The notes below the pieces were generated by a model. That model searched no databases. It saw only the letters and a list, made by a program, of their open reading frames with translations, and was not told the origin of the DNA. Shown one piece after another: positions 50,284 through 60,617 of a stretch of 64,000 bases of DNA. Where the stretch lies: assembly GCF_036321535.1 (NCBI RefSeq), contig NC_087436.1:83144001-83208000 (forward strand), given 5' to 3'. The DNA comes from Camelus dromedarius (Eukaryota). The position numbers and the translations under genes were made by a program. Every line of letters starts with the position of its first letter. Within the stretch, counting starts at the first letter, position 1.

Positions 50284-50356
50284 GGTTTCGTTTCCTGGAC
50301 GCGCCTCGGGTTTGTTTCTGTTTCCAGGAGTTTTATCTTTAGAAGGAAACTGAAAG
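50284..50356. promoter_or_regulatory. cluster of three ISRE/IRF-type motifs in HERC6 intron 1
   Basis: GGTTTCGTTTCC (50284-50295), GTTTCTGTTTCC (50314-50325), GGAAACTGAAAG (50345-50356); HERC6 is a known interferon-stimulated gene. Confidence 0.75.
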
Positions 50357-50973
50357 CCGAACTAAACTGGACCGCGTACCTCTGTACAGAGGTGCCTTTC
50401 GTGACCAGTCCTTAACTATGAGAATCTATCTGGAACAGGGTGACCTTCCAAACGTGGTTTGTGGTTTGGTCACCTGTAACTCCCTCAGAAATACCCTTGG
50501 GCGTCTTTTTCCTTAAAGTTAAAAAAATATATATATATATATAATTTTTTAACATTTTTCCTATTATTGATTATTGTAGAAACACAGGGAAAGAAATCGC
50601 CTATTATTCTAACACCGAAAGACAACTAATATTTTGATGCATTTCTTTTTTGCCTTTTTTCTATTATATAGTTAACCTTGATAAAATCATGTCATTATAC
50701 AGTTTGTATATGCAGAATTTACACAACTCTGTAAACTGAGTTTTCACCAAACATAGTATCATGAATATATTGCCCCTTTATTATATATTTTTTGAAAATA
50801 AATTTTAAATTGTGTAATGTTCTAGGCTCTGAGAATACAATTTAATTTTCCTTTTGTGGAATTAAGTTTTTTTCTCATTAGGGGCTTTTATAAATAATAC
50901 TATGATTGACATATTGTAAGTAAATATTTGACCAAATTTCTGATTACTTATTTAGAATAAATTCCAAGAGTTG

Positions 50974-51521
50974 TGTCTGGGAGGAAAAACTTTTCCTCTA
51001 CCCTCTTAGTTCTTGTCATGAGGGCCTGTGAACTAAACTGACAAAGACAGATTAACAAGAAAAAAACTTACAATTTTATTAATATTTTATGTGCACAGGA
51101 ATTCACAGAAAAGAAGTGAAACTCAAGAAGTGGTTAGACTTAGGAGCTTATCTGCTATTTTAACAAAAAACAGGGGATTTGGATTTTGAGGGATGATCAA
51201 TTGTGGGGAAGTGGCTTTGAAATAAACGGGGGAAACTAATGGACGATAAGGGGTTATTTTGCTAAGAGCTGTTTATGCAGACTCATCTCAGTGACATCTC
51301 TGGTGATAATGGTGATAAGAGTCACTCTTCTCTTCCTGGTATGGAAGGGGGAAGGTCTTTACAAGTGGAATTTATGCCACCTTCACAAATCTATGCTTTT
51401 AAATTGGCAAGAGGAAGGCAGAGAACTCTTCCTGCATCTGTTGATTCTCAGTTGCCTTCAGTTCAAAATAATCCTTATGCCAAAGTGGCATGTGTGGGGT
51501 GGCATATCCTTCTCTTCCTCA
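50974..51521 (-). mobile_element. ERV1-type solo LTR in HERC6 intron 1, related to the 12224 LTR
   Basis: reverse complement starts tgaggaagagaaggatatgccaccccacacatgccactttggcataaggattattt, like 12224; near-TSD gttg/ggtg. Confidence 0.78.
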
Positions 51522-52206
51522 GGTGGAAATGACGGACAACATGGTTCTTAATGCCAAATTGTTCTCCAGGAAGAAGGTACCAGTTTCTACCTCCATGAGT
51601 GTATGAATCTTTGGGAATTTTTTTCTTGTTACATAGTTTGAGGAGTAAATCATTGAAAAGGATAAGATCGCAAGATTAAAAAATAAAAAGAAACTTAAGT
51701 ACTAACAAAAACTTTACTGGTAATGATGCACTTAACTCCAAACCTCTAATAATTCAGAGACAAACACGTTGGGAGAACAGTTTATATTGTCTTGTAGGAA
51801 AATGTGATCAGGTTTTAATTTGTGGACATACTTGACCCATCCTCAGGCGTATTACTGCACTCTTCATTGTAAGAGGGTCTGGCATTTGCCTCTCACACAC
51901 AGGCAGGCTCCCTGCCTGTTTCTTCCTGAGCAAAGGATTCACTGTTCTCACTGGTCAGGGCTGGGAGTTGAGAGGAGTGGAGGAGAGGTGATCCCATCTT
52001 CTCCCTGGCTCCCTTTATCTGCCTGCATTTTGCCTCCACTGTCATAGAGAAATGTTAGGCCAAGTATCAAGGCCTTGCAGGTTCCCCTCCTACACGTGCC
52101 CACCCTTTTGAATAGCAGCTTTGTTTTCATAAAGACAGTGTCACACACTGAGCCTATTTCTTTCACACCTTTGGGGTGAACTTTAGGCCTTGATTTAAGA
52201 GTCATT

Positions 52207-52547
52207 GGAATCTTAAAAAAAAAAAAAAGACACAATTTCTATTTACAAACCAAAAACAGACTCATGGACATAGGAAACAAACTGTGGTCACCAAAGGGGA
52301 AAGGTCGGGGAGGGATAAATTAGGGGCTGGGGACTGACAGACACACATTACTATGTATAAAGTAGGTAAACAAGAACCTACTGTATAGCACAGGGAACTG
52401 TATTCAGTTTCTTGTAATAACTAACAGATAATGGAAAAGAATCTGAAAAGAAAAAAAATGTGTATATATATATAACTGAATCGCTTTACTGTACACCTGA
52501 AACTAACATTGTAGATCAACTATACTTCAATAAATTTTTTAAAAAAA
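52207..52547 (+). mobile_element. L1 3' end in HERC6 intron 1
   Basis: L1 3'UTR (ctgtatagcacagggaact...caactatacttcaataaa) with A tail; flanks share agtcattg. Confidence 0.85.
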
Positions 52548-52668
52548 GTCATTGCAAGGGATGAGAAATCCCAGTGACCCTTCTCTTTGAAGAAAAGTAC
52601 TTTCTTGAACTTGGTATTAAATTAACAATCTTGGGGGGGGGGCGGTTATTTTGTTTTCTTTCCTAAAG

Positions 52669-52828
52669 AACCAATTCCAGAGTTGGAAACTCTTCATGTT
52701 GCTCTTGTGAGCTGTGGAAAGGAGCACTCCCTGGCTGTCTGTCGTAAAGGAAGGGTCTTCGCCTGGGGAGCTGGTTCTGATGGACAGCTGGGAACTGGAG
52801 AATTTAAGGAAATAAATTTCATCCCTAA
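52669..52828 (+). CDS. HERC6: HERC6 coding exon 2
   Basis: acceptor ttttctttcctaa[55 protein letters not shown]; donor GTAAGT; 160 nt, phase fits. Confidence 0.95.
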
Positions 52829-53002
52829 GTAAGTATCTTAATTCATTTAGTGTTTTTGAGTTTCTGTGCCAGGCACCATACAAGATGCCAGGGGACAAAA
52901 ATGACTATGACAGACACAGTCCCTAACCTCAAGGGTTACAGTGTAGTGAGAGAAGGAGGCTGGAAAAAACATGTAACACTAATTATTAGTTAATTGGAGT
53001 CC

Positions 53003-53760
53003 TGTGAAGGAGAAGGACAGGTTGAAGTGAGAACTTGTGACCCTTTGATCTTACTCTTATGTACTGGAAATAACCGTGGGCCCACTTGGTGGTGTAAAGA
53101 TTATTTTAAAGTGAAAATATTTGAGTTTCAGAAGATGCACCGAGACCTCTTATCTGACCAAAACAGAGTCTCCTGAAAATACATCTGCTGTTAATCCTCT
53201 TTGGAGGGAGTTTCCTCTGAATTCAGCTGTTGTGAAGACAGGCTGCCCAATCAGCATCAAAAAAGCCCAATAGAGGTGGGAAGGGACAGACTGGGAGTTT
53301 AAAATTTGTAGATACTGACAGGCATATGCAGAACAAATAAACAAGATAATACTGTATAGCACAGGGAAATATATACAAGTTCTTGTGGTAGCTCACAGCG
53401 AAAAAAAATGTGACAATGAATATGTGTATGTTCATGTATAACTGAAAAATTGTAGTTACACTGGAATTTGATACAACATTGTAAAATGACTATAACTCAA
53501 TAAAAAAAGTTAAAAAAAAAAAAAACGCCAGTAGAGCCTTCCATACGCTTCCATTGAAACCCTAAATCCCCACTCCTTTTCCTCAGTTGATATATATAAA
53601 CCTTTACTCAGGCTATGGCACAAATTTTCCATTCCTTGGAGTGCCCATCCGTACGTATAAATAAACTTTTGTCTTTTTTCCTGTTAGTCTATTGTCAGTT
53701 AATTTGCAGGTCCCCAGTCATTGGACACAAGTTGGAAGAGGAAAGGTTTTCCTCCCAACA
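53003..53760 (+). mobile_element. ERV-type LTR in HERC6 intron 2, interrupted by L1
   Basis: TATA, AATAAA and 3' end ggttttcctcccaaca similar to the other ERV1 LTRs; 5' boundary uncertain. Confidence 0.6.
53275..53525 (+). mobile_element. young L1 3' end nested in an LTR, HERC6 intron 2
   Basis: same family as the 15147 copy; A tail; imperfect TSD ending in tagag. Confidence 0.88.
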
Positions 53761-54552
53761 TAACCTTTTGCCTTGTCATAAGCTGCTGGATCCTAATACT
53801 TTACTTAGTAAAATCCGGGGGAAAATCATATCCTCACACACAGCTTCTTAGGCCAAATTATATAACAGGCAGTCTGAATTGTGTGTTCATGGATTATGTA
53901 CATTGGGAATTTTCAAAAGCATGTTTTTTTAATAGTAGGAAGTTATCTCTCGTTACTTTCTCTGGCCATTAAATTGTATAAGAGATCACTGTGGCTTGGA
54001 GGAAAGAGCATTGAACTTGGGATGAAAAGACTAAGATTTAAGTCTAGTTCTACAGCCTGATACCAATTGACCCCTTTGAGTTCTCCTAGGTTCAACCATA
54101 TGAAATTGCTGATAGTTATGTTTTTGATGCACAAATATGGCAATTTAATAGGAATCAACCTAATGGTTTCTTTAATGGTTTCTTTATCTCACAGGGCTCA
54201 GGTTAGGTGATGCAGGTGACAGTGCTCTATAAATTCTAAAGCCCTGTGCTGTATGTGTATGAAGAAATTTCTCTTTTTTTAGGCTGATAAGGATAGGATA
54301 AAAGTTAGTACATTATAGAATGCATTACAAGTCTAATAAAAATCACTTTTGCATTATATATTGCTTTGGGTTCTGCCCTGTACCTTTGTACATGTTGATG
54401 TCATGTTAAAAACAGTTTGAGGGCTTTGGAATAATTGTATTGTAGAAATACAAGAAAATGAAAAATTTCCCCTATACACGTGGGATAGTTTTGACATATT
54501 GGTGACCAACTGTAAAGAAGGATTAATAGAGTTTGTATCATTTTTATTATAG

Positions 54553-54629
54553 GAAGATAAAAACTCTGACTGGTATAAAAATTATACAAGTTTCCTGTGG
54601 ACACTACCACTCCCTGGCATTATCAGAAG
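54553..54629 (+). CDS. HERC6: HERC6 coding exon 3
   Basis: acceptor tttttattat[27 protein letters not shown]; donor GTAAAA; 77 nt. Confidence 0.95.
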
Positions 54630-54819
54630 GTAAAAATGGCTTCTTGGATCTCCTAAGTGTCATTAGGAAGTGATTTTTTGAGTACTAATGGTACATGTTG
54701 ATTTTTAATGCTTTGGGGTTCATTTTGATGCATTTAGAGTTAAAAAGAAAATTTAGGTATAATAACATAAAAGTCTGAGATGTGCTGGCATTTCTCTGGG
54801 TAAATAATTAAGCATTAGA

Positions 54820-54950
54820 GGGGGAAGGAGGGTATAGCTTAGTGGTAGAGTGCATGCCTAGCATGCATGAGGTCCTGGGTTCAATCCCCAGGACTGCCAT
54901 TAAAAAATAAATAAATAAATAAACCTGATTACTTTCTCCCCCTTAAAAAA
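54820..54950 (+). mobile_element. tRNA-Ala-derived SINE, HERC6 intron 3
   Basis: A and B boxes (GGTTCAATCCC); 18-bp TSD with 1 mismatch at 54802-54819 / 54951-54968. Confidence 0.9.
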
Positions 54951-55990
54951 AAATAATTAATCATTAGATGAGCCTGATTTTTGACCTCATGTAAATTATC
55001 CATCTCTGGTCAAATTCAACGTAAAGTATTGTTGGTTTTTTCCCTCCCCAGAGTATTTATTGAATGCTTACAATGTTTCCAGCAAAGAGGAGATAGCAGT
55101 GAATAAACCCAGGACCCTACTTTCATGGAGCTTATATTCTGGGGGGATGTAGGGGAAGTGTGCCTTAAACACACAGCCAAGTATCTGTGAGGAATAACAG
55201 GTAAGGGCATGGAGAGAAGTGAGGAACAAAGAGGCGATGTGAATAGAGACCGAAAAGAAAGGAGAGAGAGAGAGAGACATGATGCTGAGCCCATGGTCCA
55301 GCGAAGAATGATCCAGATGCACGGCCATGCCCAGCGGGATGCTCAGGAGCAGCAGAGGGACCTGGAGAAGGAGCCAGGGGAGATAAGGTCTGAGGAGTGG
55401 TTGTGGGGATACTGGTGACGTGAGGCTTCTGACCTGTTGTGAGAAGAGGCCTTTTATTGGGAATGCAAGCTCCTAAGGGTTCCATCTGACTTATATTTTT
55501 CAAAGAGCACTCTGGCTGCTCTTTGGAGAAGAAAGAGCTTTGCTGGGAGCAAAGATGGAATCTGGGAGCCCAGTGAGGTGCTGTTAAAATTTTCCAGGAG
55601 AGAAGTGATGGCAACCAGGGAACTAAGGTGGGAACAGTAGGGAGGTGAGAAGTGGTTGGATCCCAGATAGATTTTGAAGAGAGAGGCTCTAGTATTTGCT
55701 GGGTTGAAGGGTGTAAAAGAAAGAGAAGAGTCAACGCTGGCTCCAAGATTTTTGGCCTAAGCAGCTGAAAGGTCATGGTGACCCTTAGCTGAGAGGGAGA
55801 AGAAGGGTGGAGAAGAAGGGACTTTTAAAGGTAACCTTGACCATCCTCTTGCCTTTAGTGAGAATATTTTAACTTCCTTTATCACTGTTTTATTCTTTAA
55901 AGACTTTTAGAATTAGGGTGGTAGTTTCTCCTTGAATTTGGCATTCCAGTGTGTTTGCTATTCTGAATTTGTCTTCCTTATTTTTTGTAG

Positions 55991-56218
55991 ATGGTCAGGT
56001 GTTTTCATGGGGAAAGAACATCGATGGGCAGCTGGGCCTGGGATCGGAGTTCCCCTCCCAAGCCAGCCCGCAGAGGGTGAGGTCCCTGGAGGGGATCCCG
56101 CTGGCGCAGGTGGCTGCAGGAGGGGCCCACAGCTTTGCCCTGTCTCTCTCTGGGACTTCATTTGGCTGGGGAAGCAACAGTGCAGGGCAGCTCGCCCTCC
56201 GCAGGAGTAAAGTCCCAG
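55991..56218 (+). CDS. HERC6: HERC6 coding exon 4
   Basis: acceptor ttttttgt[72 protein letters not shown]...; donor GTAATG; 228 nt. Confidence 0.96.
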
Positions 56219-56307
56219 GTAATGAGATAGTCTTGAATTTGTAGTCAGTCATGCTTTCTTTCTAGTTGGAAGACCAGCTCAGCAAAGGGTACTCTCAAAG
56301 GTTTAAA

Positions 56308-56985
56308 CAGTGGTTCTCAAACTTTGTGACACATTAGAATCACCTTAGGAGCTATATCAACTTTGATTCCTGCTGTAGCAAATGACCACAAACTTAGTGG
56401 TTTAAAACAACGTAAATTTATTATCTCCTAGTTCTGATGGTGAAAAGTCTAATGTAGGTCTCACTGGGTTAAAGATCAAAGTGTCTGCAGGGCTGCATTC
56501 CTTTCTGGAGGCTGGAGGGGGATGGACTATTTTCTTGCCTTTGCCAGCTTCTAGAAGCACCCTCATTCTTGACTCATAGCTCCCTTTCTTCTCTAAAGCG
56601 AGCAGTGGCTGGTTAAGTCTTCTTCAAGTCACATTACTCTGACGTTGACTCTTCTGCCTCCCTTTTCCTCAGTTAAAGGACCCTTGTGACTACCTTGGGC
56701 CCCCCTGGATAATCCAGGCTGTAGTCAACTGATTAGCAACCTTAATTCTATCTGCTTCCTTATCGCCCCTTTGCCACATAACCTAACATGTTCACGGGCT
56801 CTGGGAAAAGAACATGGGCATCTTTGGAACGCCATTATTCTGTCTACTTTAAGAATGTTTAAAAATCCCAATGCCCAGGTTGGACCCCAGACCAATTAAA
56901 TCAGAATGTCTGGGGATGCAGGCATCAGTCACCACTAAAGGCCCCACAGGGGATTCCAATGTACAGCCAAGTTGGGGAACCACTA
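56308..56985. mobile_element. MER5A-like hAT element with nested MLT1 LTR (about 56355-56850)
   Basis: cagtggttctcaaact ... agttggggaaccact inverted ends; internal MaLR signature. Confidence 0.72.
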
Positions 56986-57178
56986 TTTTAGAAGACTGCT
57001 AGCAGGAGGGGAAACAACCAGTTTCTCTGGCAACCTTTCAACAAAACTCCCCGTGAAGTCTTCCCCATGAATGCCTCTGTTAATTTCTTCACATTTGGCT
57101 CACATGTATTTAGTGCCTGCTATGTGCCAGTACCAGGCTGAACTCTTACATCTCATTGCATTTAACATTATCAATGTA

Positions 57179-57358
57179 CTGTATAGCACAGGGGAAAATA
57201 TACAAGATCTTGTGGTAGCTCATAGAGAAAAAAAAATGTGACAGTGAATATATATATGTTCATGTATGACAGAAAAATTGTGCTCTACACTAGAATTTGA
57301 CACAATATTGTAAAATAACTATTACTCAATTTAAAAATCTAAAAAAAAAGTGTATATA
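57179..57358 (+). mobile_element. short L1 3' end, HERC6 intron 4
   Basis: exact 16-bp TSD taacattatcaatgta 57163-57178 / 57359-57374. Confidence 0.9.
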
Positions 57359-57560
57359 TAACATTATCAATGTAAATAAGTCCTCTTAATTTTTCCATTA
57401 TTTTTGCATATTTGCAGAACATTTATTATGTGATAGAAATGAATACAACATAATGGAAATATGATTGGGAAGGAAGGTCTTAAAGCTTAGCTTTCTAGGC
57501 CAATAGCCTTAGTCATTTCAGAAGGTTAAACAGCTTTCAGAAATAAATGCTGAAGGACTG

Positions 57561-57680
57561 CTTTGCTTTGCTTTGCTTTGCTTTGCTTTGCTTTGCTTTG
57601 CTTTGCTTTGCTTTGCTTTGCTTTTCTTTTCTTTTCTTTTCTTTTCTTTTCTTTTCTTTTCTTTTCTTTTCTTTTCTTTT
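57561..57680. repeat. compound (CTTTG)12(CTTTT)12 microsatellite
   Basis: direct reading. Confidence 0.95.
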
Positions 57681-57838
57681 CCAAAAGCAGGGCTTTCCCT
57701 CTGTTTTATAATACTTCTGATTGTTCACTTTTTAACTTATGTTAATGAATTATAGGATGATAAATATCTTAAAAGATAGAAAACCATGAAATTTGAGTCT
57801 GTTTCTTACATGCTAGAGATTTTGCTTTCTTTCAACAG

Positions 57839-57933
57839 CACAAAGCTACAGGCCTCGTTCAGTGGGAGCACTGAAGAGTTTTGGTGTGACTTATATCAGC
57901 TGCGGTTATGAGCACACTGCAGTGCTTACCCAG
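57839..57933 (+). CDS. HERC6: HERC6 coding exon 5
   Basis: acceptor ttctttcaac[34 protein letters not shown]; donor GTAATC; 95 nt. Confidence 0.95.
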
Positions 57934-58899
57934 GTAATCCACAACGTCTTGGTATTTTTTTAAATCCCAGAGCAATGTTACCACAAGGTGCACGTACTGA
58001 TTATTGTGGAAAGCAGTATGTGTATTGATATCTCAACATATCCATTCAGTACACAGATCTCTGAAGAGAAGTTAACCAAATATAAACCATGAAGATGTTA
58101 ACATCCTATATAGCAAAAGCTAATTGCAGTTTTAGAAAATACCTTTAGATACTTACTAAATTAGAAATATAGGAGCTAATCCTTTTAGCAGTTATTCATT
58201 TGTAATGTAGTTCTACACATGAGAAATATTATAAAAGCAACCAAGCAATCTTTACAGGTTTCAGTGGCCCACACTGCAGACTGGAACATTCTTTGTTCCA
58301 CTTCTTGCTTAGCGCAGTTATGAGTCAGCTCCTGAATGTTTTTCCCTCTCCTTGCGCTGGCCATATGATACATCCCAATGGGATGGATTCCCTCCATAAC
58401 TGTAACAAGTAGACTTGAAGTCTGTGTGATTGAAATGTTTATTTAAAAACTAAATATCTAAAATAATTTGTGTTATTTGCTTTAAAAGCATGTTTGGATT
58501 ATACTATTCTTAGTTGGCAGGAGAGATCTAGAATTGTTTTCATCTAGAATCATCTTTTGAAAAGAGATTTATTTTCAGAAAAATGCTCAAATAAATAAAG
58601 CAACCCTATACTTAAATGTTAGTGTTACCCTTGAACCAGTTAATTTGTCCATCCATTCATTCTACAGACACATATTAAGTGCCTAGTTCTTAAGGGAATG
58701 CCAGTGAGTTTTTTCAAGTTTGATGTGTTAACTTTTCGTTCACTATTAGAAATAATAAATGTAGGACCCCTTCTCTTTGTATAGAGCTTTTATTTCCCAC
58801 AGTGCTCTCATGTAACTCTCGTATGATGCTTAATCTTTTGGGTTTTAGTTACTTTTTTTTTTAACCGGAAATGAGTCTGATCCCTCCTTTTTTCAACAG

Positions 58900-59027
58900 G
58901 ATGGGAAAGTGTTCACGTTTGGGGACAACAGCTATGGACAGCTGGGACACAGCCCCACTGCCGAGAAGCGAGGGCCGCAACTGGTGGAAAGAATTGAAGG
59001 CCTAGTTTCACAGATAGAATGTGGAAG
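58900..59027 (+). CDS. HERC6: HERC6 coding exon 6
   Basis: acceptor ttttttcaac[44 protein letters not shown]; donor GTAAAC; 128 nt. Confidence 0.95.
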
Positions 59028-59485
59028 GTAAACGGTTTGGCTCTTTTTTTAAGCATGAGTAGAAAAGTGTCATATTTTATTGCTTAGAAATGACTCATGT
59101 GGAGTGTTATCAAATCTTAAGACCCTAAAATACGTGATTTTTCTTTTTATACATCATTTTCCTTTCCTTCTTACAAATATAGTTTAACTTTTCTATTTGT
59201 TCTTCTTTATCCTAGACATTTCATTATTTAATAAGAATTTATTGGAAATCTACTGTGTATGGGCCACTTTACTAGGTGCTGGGGGGCAGGGGAGTTGGTT
59301 TATAAGAAAAACAGTGATGCTTGCATACTTGTGTTGATCAGACAAAATTAGAGTGATCTCATGCGAGTAGAAGATGATGCATATTTGCATGTGTTTTCAG
59401 AGTTCTGCGTAACCTAAGTTATGAGGGCACTTTAAATGTTACCTACCCAATTCAAACAAAAAAACTTACATTTAAAACACAAATG

Positions 59486-59638
59486 AGGGGGAGAGTATAG
59501 CTCAGTGGTAGAGCGCACGCTTAGCATGCAAGAGGTCCTGGGTTCAATCCCTAGTACCTCAAATAAAACCTAATTATCCACCCCACCCCCGCCAAAAAAA
59601 AAAAAGAAAAAGAAAAAGAAAAAACAAACAAATAAAGC
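59486..59638 (+). mobile_element. tRNA-Ala-derived SINE, HERC6 intron 6
   Basis: GTATAGCTCAGTGGTAGAGCGCACGCTTAGCATGC...GGTTCAATCCC; TSD taaaacacaaatg 59473-59485 / 59639-59651 at a TT/AAAA site. Confidence 0.9.
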
Positions 59639-59888
59639 TAAAACACAAATGGTAGAAACCATAGTAAAGACCCATCAATAGTATTTTGCCTTTAAGGTTA
59701 GTAATAAGTTAATATTCACCTACCATTTGTTTAGCCACATGATTTAGTATCCTCCCACCCTGACATTGTGATGCAGGACCTGGTTACTTAATATAAGATA
59801 AATTTGTCATTTTCTGTTGAGACATCATCTTTCTCAGAAAACCTGACTCATATTGAGTCTTCATTGTAATATACTCTCTCTTCCACAG

Positions 59889-60025
59889 TTATCACACCCT
59901 TGCGTATGTCTACACCACTGGCCAGGTGGTGTCTTTTGGTCGTGGACCAAGTTGCACAAGCCACTCGCCTCATCCAGGGACTCCGGCAGAGAACTTTGAC
60001 ATTAGCTGCCTGATTTCTGCTGATG
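59889..60025 (+). CDS. HERC6: HERC6 coding exon 7
   Basis: acceptor ctctctcttccac[48 protein letters not shown]; donor GTATGA; 137 nt. Confidence 0.95.
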
Positions 60026-60549
60026 GTATGAATGGTCCCACCAATTCGTGATTTTGTGTTAATCCATGCCACTAGAGGAGAAATATTATTCAGTTTCCTT
60101 TCAAAGGAGCACATAGAACTGTGGTTCTCTTAGTACTGTTATTTTCCATTTGTATTATATGCATTTTTTTCTTATGCAGTGCTTCCTGGAGTATTTGGTA
60201 ATCTTTTCTAAAGATTAAGGCATTACAAAAGAAGACCCCAAACCAGTTACTTAAGCATCAGAACAGTATATTTCAAAATATTTAGTCAAACCTATTGTAA
60301 AGCATGACAGCCTGGTTTCATTATGCAAGTGCATGAAAAATTAAATGTTAAGCTGAGTGAATATACAAGTAATCAGATAAAAATTAATCTTTTATGCTGT
60401 TTGTAGTCAAAATCCATTGCCAATAAATAAGTAAATTTAGCTTGGTAATACATTAGATTTTTTAAAAGACTACTTTTTAGAGCAGTTTTAGATTTACAAT
60501 AAAAAATTTATTTTTTTTAAATAAGCATGGATTTATGACTTTCTTCTAG

Positions 60550-60617
60550 ACCTTGTGGATGTTCAAGTCAAACACATTTTTGCTGGAACATATGCCGACT
60601 TTGTGACAACTTACCAG
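60550..60617 (+). CDS. HERC6: HERC6 coding exon 8 (gene continues beyond window)
   Basis: acceptor ctttcttctAG; DLVDVQVKHIFAGTYADFVTTYQ; donor GTATCT; 68 nt. Confidence 0.93.

Larger units (their letters stand above)
49680..50400 (+). promoter_or_regulatory. CpG island / HERC6 promoter and exon 1
   Basis: abrupt GC- and CpG-rich segment in an AT-rich background spanning the start codon; CRE-like GACGTCA near 49876. Confidence 0.85.

Noticed and set aside
49796..50353. 185-aa ORF as a single-exon protein
   Set aside because: Starts at GTG and runs through the exon 1 donor; only 49970-50159 is HERC6 coding.
55165..55776. 203-aa minus-strand ORF
   Set aside because: Lies in L2-like intronic repeat, low complexity, no domain.
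57537..57755. KRKEK / LCFAL repeat ORFs
   Set aside because: Translations of the microsatellite.
59486..59560. tRNA-Ala gene
   Set aside because: A-rich tail, TSD and an imperfect acceptor stem show it is a SINE; the same holds for the other three copies.
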